Assembly (NCBI GenBank): GCA_963817385.1
Contig: CAWFOM010000016.1
Location: 1-64,000 of the forward strand
DNA length: 64,000 nt
Reading direction: 5' to 3'
Origin: an uncultured delta proteobacterium
GTDB taxonomy: Bacteria > Desulfobacterota > Syntrophia > Syntrophales > UBA5619
In this document: in pieces, positions 12,284-21,252 of the stretch
Layout: every line of letters starts with the position of its first letter
Numbering within the stretch: the first letter of the stretch is position 1
Notes under the pieces: generated by a model
Told to the model about the DNA's origin: nothing
Database searches by the model: none
Seen by the model: the letters and a program-made list of their open reading frames with translations, nothing else
Made by a program: the position numbers and the translations under genes

Positions 12284-12419
12284 CGGAGACCTCCTGTTTT
12301 GGATAAGCGTATAGGCCTTTTGGTTTTCCCTGTCAAGGAATAATTTCAGAATATGAGCAGATTTTACAATATCGCCCGGAGGGAATCGGGATCCGAGCGG
12401 TCCGGTCAGCCGCTGAGCG

Positions 12420-13331
12420 TCAGCTCTGCTCCTTCTCCGTGTCGCCCGCGGTCTTCTTTACCCGGGAGCGATCGAGGTGGTCGCGCAGGAGCGCAGAGGC
12501 CGCCGATTGCCGCCCCTGCTCCAACAACGCGATGATCTCCAGGTGTTCCCGGTAGCGGTCCAGACGGGCTTGATCGACCGGCACCCGGTACTCGATCAGG
12601 CGGCGGAGCCGGTTGATGTGCCGGACGGCATCGAGGAAGAAGGGATTCCCCGAACAGGAGACGATCTGTTCATGGAAGCGGACGCCGGTTTCGAACATCG
12701 TAAATGGTAGCCGCTCGTCGATGGGGCTGGCAAGAAGGGATTCCTGTTCCCCGCGAAGCCTGGCAAACACGGCCGGATCGACCCGGTAGGTCGGCTCAAG
12801 AAGGGCGGCCGGTTCGACGAGAATGCGGAAGCGGTAACTCTTGTCCAGGGCCTCGACGGTATCGAGGACCGGGAGGAAATTCCAGCCGTGGCCGGGCCGC
12901 CGTTCGACCCACCCCTCCTGGGACATGCGTATCAGGATCTTCATGAGCCTGACGCGGCTGATCCCGTAGCGGGACATCAGTTCCGCCTCCGAGATATGAC
13001 CGTGCAGTTTCCCCCGGATACGGTCTTCGGCAAAGCGATAATACATCTCCTCTTCGATGGATACCGGAGCCGAGAGATCCGGCGCCGGGATCTCTTGAGC
13101 GGGGCGGGTAAGAAAAAACCCCCGGTTGGGATGGAACCGGACGATCCCTTCCCGCTCCAGGATCGTGAGCGCCTCGCGGACGGGCCCCCGGGAGACGTGA
13201 AATGCGTCCGCCAGCGCCTGCTCCGCCAGGTGAGCGCCCGCAGGCATGGCCTCACTACGAACACGATCGACGATCCTGACGGCCAACTGTGACATGAGCG
13301 GTTTCACCGCTTTTCCCCGGGGTTTCTTCAT
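12420..13331 (-). CDS. GntR-family regulator (two wHTH domains plus FCD)
   Basis: EQALADAFHVSRGPVREAL; second HTH SEAELMSRYGISR; FHEQI..SGN and EHLEII in FCD; start uncertain. Confidence 0.88.
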   Translation of the reverse strand: MKKPRGKAVKPLMSQLAVRIVDRVRSEAMPAGAHLAEQALADAFHVSRGPVREALTILEREGIVRFHPNRGFFLTRPAQEIPAPDLSAPVSIEEEMYYRFAEDRIRGKLHGHISEAELMSRYGISRVRLMKILIRMSQEGWVERRPGHGWNFLPVLDTVEALDKSYRFRILVEPAALLEPTYRVDPAVFARLRGEQESLLASPIDERLPFTMFETGVRFHEQIVSCSGNPFFLDAVRHINRLRRLIEYRVPVDQARLDRYREHLEIIALLEQGRQSAASALLRDHLDRSRVKKTAGDTEKEQS

Positions 13332-13550
13332 ACGGTGAACGTATACCAAAAATAGAAGAATAATGCATGAATTTTCCCCTCCCCGGGAGAAGGCTAGTCA
13401 GAGAAGTGTCGGAGCGGAAATCGGGAGCGTAAAAAAAGTGCATCTGCCGGGCGGCTTTTGCCATCAGGCAGATGCACGGTAATGTTTGATAAAAGCGCGG
13501 TCGTAAACCGCGACGCCGGCGTTAACCGGCCATCCCCTTTCCCGACAGGT

Positions 13551-14270
13551 TCAGCGGCAGCTGATGCAGACCGCCAGATCCTCGACGGGCACGCCCGACG
13601 TCCGGCTGATGAACGCCAGCTGGTCCTCGGGTGCGAAGTATCGGCCGCAGACCTTGCAGGCCTTCATCTTGAAGGTCCGGCCCCATATCGTCCGCGCATC
13701 GCCGGATTCCGTCGTTGCCATCTCGATGTGCCCCGAAGGACAGACATAGGCGCAGGCGCCGCAACCGATGCAGGAGACCGAGTCCTCCTTGAAGGGCGTA
13801 CAGACGTTCTTTTCCGCCCCCCGGTAGGAGAAACCGATCGCGCAGACCCCCACGATCTTCTCACAGGTCCGCACGCACATCCGGCAGAGGATGCACTTCG
13901 AGCTGTCCTTGTCCGGCGTGAACCGGGGCTCGGGTTCGATACCCAGATCCTCCGCCATCTCCTTGAGCTGCTGCGATTCGGGACAGCGAGCCAAGAGGAG
14001 CTGGAGGACGAGGCGGCGGGCGGCCAGGACCCGCTCGCTCTTCGTTTCGACGACCAGCCCCTCGGCAACGGGGTAGAGGCAGGACGTGACGATGCGCGTC
14101 CTCTTCCCGTGCTTGACCTCAACGACGCACATCCGGCACGCTCCCGAGGGTTCGAGCGCCTCGTTGGAGCACAGGGTCGGAATGACGATGCCGTTCTCCC
14201 GGGCAACCTCAAGGATGGTCTGCCCGGCCTCCGCTTCGATCTTCTTATTGTCTATCGTCAGATTTACCAT
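13551..14270 (-). CDS. NuoG/HoxU-like Fe-S subunit (2Fe-2S plus 2x4Fe-4S, no catalytic domain)
   Basis: IPTLC...GACRMCVVE...TSC; CILCRMCVRTC; CIGCGACAYVCP; terminal CKVC...CISC. Confidence 0.9.
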   Translation of the reverse strand: MVNLTIDNKKIEAEAGQTILEVARENGIVIPTLCSNEALEPSGACRMCVVEVKHGKRTRIVTSCLYPVAEGLVVETKSERVLAARRLVLQLLLARCPESQQLKEMAEDLGIEPEPRFTPDKDSSKCILCRMCVRTCEKIVGVCAIGFSYRGAEKNVCTPFKEDSVSCIGCGACAYVCPSGHIEMATTESGDARTIWGRTFKMKACKVCGRYFAPEDQLAFISRTSGVPVEDLAVCISCR

Positions 14271-14280
14271 ATTCTCTACC

Positions 14281-16137
14281 TTACCTCACGATGATAGCAT
14301 CAAATTTACAACTTTCCCTGCAGGCGCCGCACTTCGAACACAGAGCCGCATCGATTGTATGGGCTTCCTTCCGCACACCGCTGGCCGCCTTTGTCGGGCA
14401 GACCTTCGCGCAGACCGTACAGCCCGTACACTTCTCGGGGTCAATGCTGTACAGGATCAGGGCCTTGCACACCCCGGCCGGACAGCGCTTCTCCTTGATA
14501 TGCGCCTCGTACTCGTCACGGAAATAACGGATCGTGCTGAGGACGGGGTTCGGGGCGCTGCTGCCCAGGGCGCAGAGCGAGCCGTCGATGATGGCCGTGG
14601 CCATCTTCTCGAGGAGATCCACATCCCCCTCCCGGCCCCTGCCCTCGGCGATGTCAAGCAGGATGTCCCGCATGCGCCGGACCCCCTCTCGGCAGGGAAC
14701 GCACTTGCCGCACGATTCGCTGACGAGGAAGTTCGTGAAGTACTTGGCCACATCGACCATGCAGTTGTCCTCGTCCATGACGATCATGCCGCCGGAGCCC
14801 ATCATCGAACCGATCTTGGTCAATTCGTCGAAATCGACGCCCATGTCGAGATACTTCTCGGGGATGCAGCCACCCGACGGTCCGCCCGTCTGGATCGCCT
14901 TGAACTTTTTCCCGCCGGGGATTCCGCCGCCGATGTCGAAGACGATCTCCCGGAGCTTCGTTCCCATGGGGACCTCAACGAGGCCGGTGTTGTTGATCTT
15001 GCCGACCAGGGAGAAGATCTTCGTCCCCTTGCTCCCCTCCGTCCCGATCGAGGCGTACCAATCGGCGCCCCGCTCGATGATGAACGGAACGTTCGCCCAG
15101 GTCTCGACGTTATTGAGGTTCGTGGGCTTGTCATAGAGGCCCTTGTCGGTCGCGTGCGTGTACTTCGCGCGCGGCTCGCCGGCCCGCCCCTCCAGGGAGG
15201 CGAAGAGGGCCGAGGACTCGCCGCAGACGAAGGCGCCGCCTCCCCGGTTGATTTTGACGTCGAACGAAAAACCCGACCCCAGGATATTCTCCCCGAGGAG
15301 CCCCGCCGCACGGGCCTGCTTGATCGCCAGGGTGATGTTCTTTATTGCGAGCGGGTATTCGTTCCGGGCATAGATGTAGCCCTGGCTGGAGCCGATCGCG
15401 AAGGCGCCGATGATCATCCCCTCGAGGACCAGATGGGGATTCCCCTCCAGGAGGCTGCGATCCATGTAGGCGCCGGGATCGCCTTCGTCGGCGTTGCAGA
15501 TGATGTACTTGGGATCGCCTGCGGCCTTCCTCGTTGCATCCCACTTCCAGCCGGCGGGGAATCCGCCTCCGCCGCGGCCCCGGAGGTTCGCCTTGATGAC
15601 TTCCTGAATGATCGCTTCCGGCTTCATGCCCGTGAGGGCCTTCCCCAGGGCGCTGTAGCCGCCGATGGCGAGGTAGTCCTCCAGGCTCTCCGGATCGACT
15701 TTGCTGTTGAGGCCGAAGACGAGGCGCGTCTGCTTCTTGTAGAACGGCACGTCGTCCTCGTGGACCACCTTCACGCCGGTGGCGGGATCGACGTAGAGGA
15801 GCCGATCGATGATCTCGCCCTTCAGGACGGTCTTGTCGATGATCTCCCCGGCGTCCGCAAGCCCGACCCGCTGGTAGAAAACCTTCTCCGGGGAGATGAC
15901 GATCATCGGACCCCGCTCGCAGAACCCGTGGCAGCCGGTGGTGCGGAAATCGATCGTGTCGGCGAGATTCCGCTTGGCGAGTTCCTCGCGAAAGTTGTCC
16001 ACCAGTTTCTGCGTTCCATAGGCAAGGCAACCGGTCCCGACGCATATCGTGATGCAGGGCTTCTTCGGGTCACGGCCTGCCTTGAGCCTCTCCTGTACGC
16101 TTTTCAATTCATCGAAGGATTTAATCTTGCTCATCAT
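14281..16137 (-). CDS. NuoF/HydB-like NADH/FMN-binding subunit
   Basis: N-terminal 2Fe-2S, LRGRGGGGFP, NADEGDPGAYMD, GAFVCGE, GGPSGG, ESCGKCVPCREG, C-terminal 2x4Fe-4S. Confidence 0.95.
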   Translation of the reverse strand: MMSKIKSFDELKSVQERLKAGRDPKKPCITICVGTGCLAYGTQKLVDNFREELAKRNLADTIDFRTTGCHGFCERGPMIVISPEKVFYQRVGLADAGEIIDKTVLKGEIIDRLLYVDPATGVKVVHEDDVPFYKKQTRLVFGLNSKVDPESLEDYLAIGGYSALGKALTGMKPEAIIQEVIKANLRGRGGGGFPAGWKWDATRKAAGDPKYIICNADEGDPGAYMDRSLLEGNPHLVLEGMIIGAFAIGSSQGYIYARNEYPLAIKNITLAIKQARAAGLLGENILGSGFSFDVKINRGGGAFVCGESSALFASLEGRAGEPRAKYTHATDKGLYDKPTNLNNVETWANVPFIIERGADWYASIGTEGSKGTKIFSLVGKINNTGLVEVPMGTKLREIVFDIGGGIPGGKKFKAIQTGGPSGGCIPEKYLDMGVDFDELTKIGSMMGSGGMIVMDEDNCMVDVAKYFTNFLVSESCGKCVPCREGVRRMRDILLDIAEGRGREGDVDLLEKMATAIIDGSLCALGSSAPNPVLSTIRYFRDEYEAHIKEKRCPAGVCKALILYSIDPEKCTGCTVCAKVCPTKAASGVRKEAHTIDAALCSKCGACRESCKFDAIIVR

Positions 16138-16609
16138 CAGTCGCACCCTTCTTCCCTAATTTCTTGAGAATCTTTGTCGATTTGGCGATATTCATATGCC
16201 CGTTATACTCGCCGTTCACTACGAGAACGGGCCCCAGAGCGCAGGCCCCGAGGCAACCGACCGTCTCGAAGGAGAACTCGAGGTCGGCCGTCGTTTCGCC
16301 CTCCTTGATGCTCAGGATATCCTCCACGTTACGGGCGATCAGCTCGGCGCCGCGGACGTGACAGGCCGTCCCCAAACACAGGCTCAACTGGTAGCGCCCC
16401 TTGGGTTTCAGGCTGAAGGCCTTGTAAAACGTCACCACCTCGTAGACGCGGCTGATCGGCACACTGAGGTGGGTACTGACCGCACACAGGGCATCCTTGG
16501 GCAGATAGTTAAACTCCTTCTGGACGTCCTGAAGAATGGGAACCAGATAACTCTTGTCCCCGCTGTATTGCTGAATGATCTCTCTCACCTTTTGTTCCAT
16601 TCTCTTCAC
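16121..16609 (-). CDS. NuoE/HydC-like 2Fe-2S subunit
   Basis: CLGTACHVRG...CLGACALGP. Confidence 0.95.
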   Translation of the reverse strand: MKRMEQKVREIIQQYSGDKSYLVPILQDVQKEFNYLPKDALCAVSTHLSVPISRVYEVVTFYKAFSLKPKGRYQLSLCLGTACHVRGAELIARNVEDILSIKEGETTADLEFSFETVGCLGACALGPVLVVNGEYNGHMNIAKSTKILKKLGKKGATDDEQD

Positions 16610-16637
16610 CCTCGTCGTAAGATGGTATTCGCGTCGG

Positions 16638-17633
16638 TCACTTCCCTCGCGGGGCCCGCAGTTCTTCCTTGGATTTGGAGCAACGCATCTTGATCATGAG
16701 TGTCTCCCACTCGATGTCGACCCGCTCCTGGATGACCTGGATCTGGTCCGGCGTGAGATGGCGGAAGCGCCCCTGCCCCTTGAGGTAGTCCTGCACGGGA
16801 CGCCGCTTCTCGGGAACCTCCACCGTGAGACGGTATTTGCCGTCCTCCACCTCGTAGAGCGGGAAGATCCCCGTCTCGAGGGCGAGGCGTCCCAGCTTGA
16901 TGCAGGTCTCCGACGGGGTACGCCACCCGGTCGGACAGGTTACGAAGCAGTGGATGTACGAGGGGCCCTTCACCCGGCGCGCCTTCTTCACCTTGTTCAT
17001 GAAGTCGATCGGGTAGCTCTGGCAGGCCGTCGCCACGTAGGGCACGTTGTGGGCCACCATGATCTCGGCAAGATTCTTCTTCCAGACCTGGTTTCCGGGG
17101 ATCTTCTTGCCGGCGGGAGCCGTCGTCGTCGATGCCAAAAACGGGGTGCCGCTCGACCGCTGGATGCCCGTGTTCATATACGCCTCGTTGTCGAAGCAGA
17201 CGTAGAGCATGTCGTGGCCGCGCTCCATCGCCCCGGAGAGGGCCTGGAACCCGATATCCATCGTCCCGCCGTCGCCGCCGATCGCGACCGACTTGATGCG
17301 ACGATCGGCGATCTTCCCCTTGCGCCGAAGCGCCGTGAGGCCCGCCTCGACACCCGATCCCACCGCCGCGGCGTTGGGAAACGCCACGTGGATCCAGGGG
17401 AGGTTCCAGGCCGTCGTGGGATAGAGGCTGGAGATAACCTCCATGCAGCCGGTCGCGTTGGTGATGACCGTGTCTTTTCCGAGGGCCTTGCACATCAAGC
17501 GAATCGCCAGCGCCTCGCCGCACCCTTGGCAGGCGCGGTGCCCGCCGACAAAGAACTCTTCCTTGCTGACCAGCTTCGGGGCGTACAGTTCAAAGCTTCC
17601 GATACTTTTAGGGTTCATCGTTGCCGTATTCAT
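16638..17633 (-). CDS. porB: pyruvate/2-oxoacid:ferredoxin oxidoreductase beta subunit
   Basis: [20 protein letters not shown] motif, [18 protein letters not shown]. Confidence 0.9.
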   Translation of the reverse strand: MNTATMNPKSIGSFELYAPKLVSKEEFFVGGHRACQGCGEALAIRLMCKALGKDTVITNATGCMEVISSLYPTTAWNLPWIHVAFPNAAAVGSGVEAGLTALRRKGKIADRRIKSVAIGGDGGTMDIGFQALSGAMERGHDMLYVCFDNEAYMNTGIQRSSGTPFLASTTTAPAGKKIPGNQVWKKNLAEIMVAHNVPYVATACQSYPIDFMNKVKKARRVKGPSYIHCFVTCPTGWRTPSETCIKLGRLALETGIFPLYEVEDGKYRLTVEVPEKRRPVQDYLKGQGRFRHLTPDQIQVIQERVDIEWETLMIKMRCSKSKEELRAPRGK

Positions 17634-18799
17634 TATCCCCTCACTCCGTAAAATTCGTATGGTTCTTTAAGTTTTCCCTTGGCCGCCCGCCGGACCATAT
17701 CCATGAAATTCTCCACCTGGACGTCCCTGCCGCCGAGGCCGATGAGGTAGTTGACGATCTTCGGACGCTTCGGCACATCGTAGAGGGCAGAGCGGATCTC
17801 CGAGAAGACGGGTCCTCCCGGGCCGCCGAAGGAGCAGGCGCGGTCCGTCACGGCGAGGACTTTGATCCCCTTTACCGCTTTTCTCAGTTCATCGAAGGGG
17901 AAGGGCCGCCAGAGCTTGATCTTCAGAAGGCCGGCCTTCACACCCTCTCGGCGCAGTTCATCGACGGCGATCTCCGCCGTCTCGCCCATCGATCCCATGG
18001 TGACGAGAGCGATCTCCGCATCCTCGGTCCGGTAGGCCTGAATCGGCTCATACTTCCGGCCGAACTGCTTCTCCCAATCCTTCCAGACCTCCCGCACCAC
18101 CTTGATCGAGTTGACGATGGCCACATCCTTGGCCTTCTGTGCCTCGGCATAGATCTCCGGCATCCCCAGGGTTCCCATCGAAACGACATTGTCGGGATGG
18201 AGCGCTGCATAGGGAACGTAGGGGGGGAGAAACCGGTCCACCTCCTCCTGATCGGGCATGATGATCGGCTCGACCATGTGGGTCAGCTGGAAACCGTCCA
18301 TGTTCACATTCACGGGGAGCATCACCCGGCGGTCCTCACCCACCCGGAAGGCCTGGATGGTCATGTCGACCACCTCCTGGCCGTTGTCAGCGAAGAAGGA
18401 GATCCAGCCCGTATCGCGCATCGGCATGATATCGCTATGGTCGTTCCAGATGTTGATCGGACCGGAGACGGCGCGGTTGGCGATGATCATCACGATCGGA
18501 AGCCGCATCGCGGAGGCGATCGGCAGGACCTCGCTCATGAAGAGCAGTCCCTGGGAGCTCGTCGCCGTCACGACGCGGGCGCCGGTCCCCGCGGCGCCGA
18601 TCGCCGCGCTCAGGGCGGAATGCTCGGACTCCACGGTGATGAAGGAGGCGTCCACGCGCCCGTCGGCGACGATGTCCGAAAGATGCTCGGCCACGTGGGA
18701 CTGAGGGGTGATGGGATACACGGCTGCCACATCAAACTTGCAGAGTGCGGCCGCTTCCGCGGACGCAATCGCTACTTCCATTCCTACTCGCTTGCCCAT
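17633..18799 (-). CDS. porA: pyruvate/2-oxoacid:ferredoxin oxidoreductase alpha subunit
   Basis: YPITPQ, VESEHSA, TATSSQG, NRA. Confidence 0.9.
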   Translation of the reverse strand: MGKRVGMEVAIASAEAAALCKFDVAAVYPITPQSHVAEHLSDIVADGRVDASFITVESEHSALSAAIGAAGTGARVVTATSSQGLLFMSEVLPIASAMRLPIVMIIANRAVSGPINIWNDHSDIMPMRDTGWISFFADNGQEVVDMTIQAFRVGEDRRVMLPVNVNMDGFQLTHMVEPIIMPDQEEVDRFLPPYVPYAALHPDNVVSMGTLGMPEIYAEAQKAKDVAIVNSIKVVREVWKDWEKQFGRKYEPIQAYRTEDAEIALVTMGSMGETAEIAVDELRREGVKAGLLKIKLWRPFPFDELRKAVKGIKVLAVTDRACSFGGPGGPVFSEIRSALYDVPKRPKIVNYLIGLGGRDVQVENFMDMVRRAAKGKLKEPYEFYGVRG

Positions 18800-18802
18800 C
18801 CT

Positions 18803-19099
18803 CTATTCCTCCTCATTGACCATTTTGATGGCGCCCGGCCAGCACTCGTGGGCGCAGATGCCGCACCCCTTGCAGTAGTCCAGGTTCGCATCAAAAAATC
18901 CGTCCGCGGTCTCGGTAATGCACCCCTCGGGACAGTATATATAGCAGACGCCGCACTTGATGCATTTCTGATTTTCCCAGAGGGGGCGTTTCGCCCGCCA
19001 GCTACCGGTATGATACTCCGAAGCGCTCCCCTTCCGGAAAACCATGCACCCGGGATTGACCTCCTGCCAGGTTTCTGGCCATTTTTTCTCAGTCATCAC
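18803..19099 (-). CDS. porD: 2-oxoacid:ferredoxin oxidoreductase delta subunit
   Basis: TGSWR, CIKCGVCYIYCP, YCKGCGICAHEC. Confidence 0.9.
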   Translation of the reverse strand: MMTEKKWPETWQEVNPGCMVFRKGSASEYHTGSWRAKRPLWENQKCIKCGVCYIYCPEGCITETADGFFDANLDYCKGCGICAHECWPGAIKMVNEEE

Positions 19100-19124
19100 G
19101 ATACCTCAAAAGTTATTTTGATCC

Positions 19125-19673
19125 TTAATTGATGATCCTGACCTCGTCGAACGCCCGCTTCGCGGCCGCCAGGTTCTTCGGAGCGATCCTGCCGAATCTC
19201 TCCTTGACGGGACTGTCCAGGGATTCCAGCTTCACGGTCCCCGTCAGTTTGACCAGGGCCCCCAGCATGGTGGTGTTGGTAATGGGCACGCCGAGTTCCT
19301 TCCAGGCGATCCCCGTGGCATCGCAGGTGGCGATCTTGCCTTCGAATTTGATGTTCTTTTTCAACTCGGCCAGGCTCTTGGTGGTGTTGACCAGCAGAAT
19401 GCCCTCCGGCTTCAACCCCTCGGCCACATCGACCAGGGCCACGAGGCTCTCGTCGAGGACGACGACCAGATCGGGATGGTAGATGCCCGACCGGATCTTG
19501 ATCTGTTTGTCGTCGACCCGGTTGAATGCCGTGACCGGCGCCCCGCGTCTCTCCGGTCCGAAGCTCGGGAACCCTTGCGCATACTTCCCCTCTTCAATGG
19601 CGGACAACGCAAGCAGCTCCACCGATGTGACCGCCCCCTGACCGCCCCTTCCATGCCATCTGATTTCTAACAT
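19125..19673 (-). CDS. porC: 2-oxoacid:ferredoxin oxidoreductase gamma subunit
   Basis: EIRWHGRGGQGAVT, FGPERRGAPV, NTTMLGA. Confidence 0.92.
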   Translation of the reverse strand: MLEIRWHGRGGQGAVTSVELLALSAIEEGKYAQGFPSFGPERRGAPVTAFNRVDDKQIKIRSGIYHPDLVVVLDESLVALVDVAEGLKPEGILLVNTTKSLAELKKNIKFEGKIATCDATGIAWKELGVPITNTTMLGALVKLTGTVKLESLDSPVKERFGRIAPKNLAAAKRAFDEVRIIN

Positions 19674-19735
19674 TCGTCAAATCTCCCGTAGTGATTGGCT
19701 TTTTTGAAAAAAAACAGGCCCTCTTGCTATCTTAT

Positions 19736-19752
19736 TTGACCTATGCTGTCAA
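19736..19752. promoter_or_regulatory. TTGAC-N7-GTCAA palindrome overlapping a minus-strand TTGACA upstream of porC
   Basis: TTGACCTATGCTGTCAA. Confidence 0.45.
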
Positions 19753-20072
19753 TAGCTTTTTGCGGAAATAACACCGGTGATATGATAGGGCGTAGTAATT
19801 TGGCCTGTTTATGGCGTGTGACCGCCCCCATCAGCATCGAAAGCAATCGGCAATGAAGAGCAAGATGAGTGCCAGTTTAAAGTAAATGCTGAATTTACAT
19901 ACAGAAATTACTGTCTCTGCAAATAATACAATATAAAACAAAAAGTTATAAAACGTCTTGCCGGGCGGAGAAAAGCGGGTGATACGCGTCACTGCAGAGG
20001 CGATTTGATACAAAAGAGTTCGTTTCGCGCACGGAAAAGGCGCGACACCGGGCGGAAGTCGCGAGGGGGAAA

Positions 20073-20168
20073 CTCTCACCCGCTTTGTGCGCCATGAGCA
20101 CGGCTGTTCACATTAAGCACGCGTTACTTCTTCCTCTCCCCTCGCGGGAGAGGGGCGGGGCGAGGGGG
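20073..20168. repeat. REP-like palindromic element; related sequence at 23163-23225
   Basis: CTCTCACCC...CCTCTCCCCTCGCGGGAGAGGGG...GAGGGG. Confidence 0.5.
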
Positions 20169-20170
20169 AA

Positions 20171-20770
20171 TTACACCCCCCGGCGGAATTCGAGACACTT
20201 CGCCAGGGTCATCCGGTCCGTGTACTTGAGATCCCCCCCGACGGGGACGCCGAAGGCAATGCGCGTAACCTTGACTCCGCGTTCTTTCAGGAGTTTTGTC
20301 AGCAGAAGGGCAGTCGTCTCCCCCGCGACGCTGGGGTTGGTGGCCACGATCACCTCCTCCACGGGGCTGGCCGCGATCCGCCCCAGCAGTTCGCTGATCC
20401 GCAGATGCTCCGGACCGATCCCGTCCAGCGGGGCAAGCGCCCCGTGGAGGACGTGGTAGACCCCGTGATACTCCCCGCTCTCCTCGAGAGCAATCAGGGA
20501 ATCGGGCTCCTCAACGACGCAGAGCACCTTCCGGTTCCGGGCATGATCGGCGCAGATGTCGCAGACCGGTCCCTCGGCGAGGTTGAAGCAGACGGAGCAG
20601 AGGCGGATCTTTTGCTTCACGTCGAGGATGCTCTCCGCGAGCCGCCGGGCGTCCTCCTCGGAGGCGCGGAGAATGTAGGCGGCGAGCCGCGCCGCGGTTT
20701 TTTCCCCGATGCCGGGGAATCGGGATAACTCCTTGATAAGACGCTTTATGGGCAGGGCATAGCCGCTCAT
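20171..20770 (-). CDS. recR: recombination mediator RecR
   Basis: [12 protein letters not shown]hH, CSVC..CDIC zinc finger, YHVLHG, Toprim. Confidence 0.97.
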   Translation of the reverse strand: MSGYALPIKRLIKELSRFPGIGEKTAARLAAYILRASEEDARRLAESILDVKQKIRLCSVCFNLAEGPVCDICADHARNRKVLCVVEEPDSLIALEESGEYHGVYHVLHGALAPLDGIGPEHLRISELLGRIAASPVEEVIVATNPSVAGETTALLLTKLLKERGVKVTRIAFGVPVGGDLKYTDRMTLAKCLEFRRGV

Positions 20771-20780
20771 GGCTTCCCCG

Positions 20781-21092
20781 CTACATCAGACCGGGGATCT
20801 GCATTCCCCCGGTGATCTTCGCCATCTCGGCGGCAGCCATCTCCTGGGCCTTGCGGACCCCTTCGTTCACTGCCGCGATGATCAGGTCCTGGAGCATCTC
20901 CACGTCTTCGGGGTTGACAACCTCTTTCTCTATCTTCAGGGAGAGGACCTCAAATTTCCCGTTGACCCTGACCGCAACCATCCCGCCGCCGGCGGTCGCA
21001 TCCACGGTTTTCGTCGCCAGCTCCTCCTGGAGCTCCATCATCCTCTCCTGCATCTTCTTTGCCTGCTTCATGATGTTTCCAAAATTCTGCAC
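20781..21092 (-). CDS. ybaB: nucleoid-associated protein YbaB/EbfC
   Basis: [25 protein letters not shown]; dnaX-ybaB-recR synteny. Confidence 0.95.
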   Translation of the reverse strand: MQNFGNIMKQAKKMQERMMELQEELATKTVDATAGGGMVAVRVNGKFEVLSLKIEKEVVNPEDVEMLQDLIIAAVNEGVRKAQEMAAAEMAKITGGMQIPGLM

Positions 21093-21113
21093 TTTTGCCT
21101 ATCCTCCTTAATT

Positions 21114-21229
21114 GATGAACCCGTAAAAAGTCGTCACCCCGGCGAAAGCGGGGGTCCAGTGCTTTACTGATTCCCGGCTTTCGCCGGTATGACGTACGCA
21201 GTGGATCTTCGACTTTTTACGAAGTCGTC
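21114..21229. mobile_element. MITE/REP-like element
   Basis: Perfect 12-bp IR CGTAAAAAGTCG / CGACTTTTTACG inside imperfect 20-bp ends; internal GTCACCCCGGCGAAAGC / GCTTTCGCCGGTATGAC pair; TTAATT on both flanks. Confidence 0.65.
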
Positions 21230-21252
21230 TTAATTGGGTTGCCAACATTACC

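Noticed and set aside
13551..16609. Respiratory complex I or a hydrogenase
   Set aside because: No membrane nuo genes, H-cluster motifs or NiFe subunit
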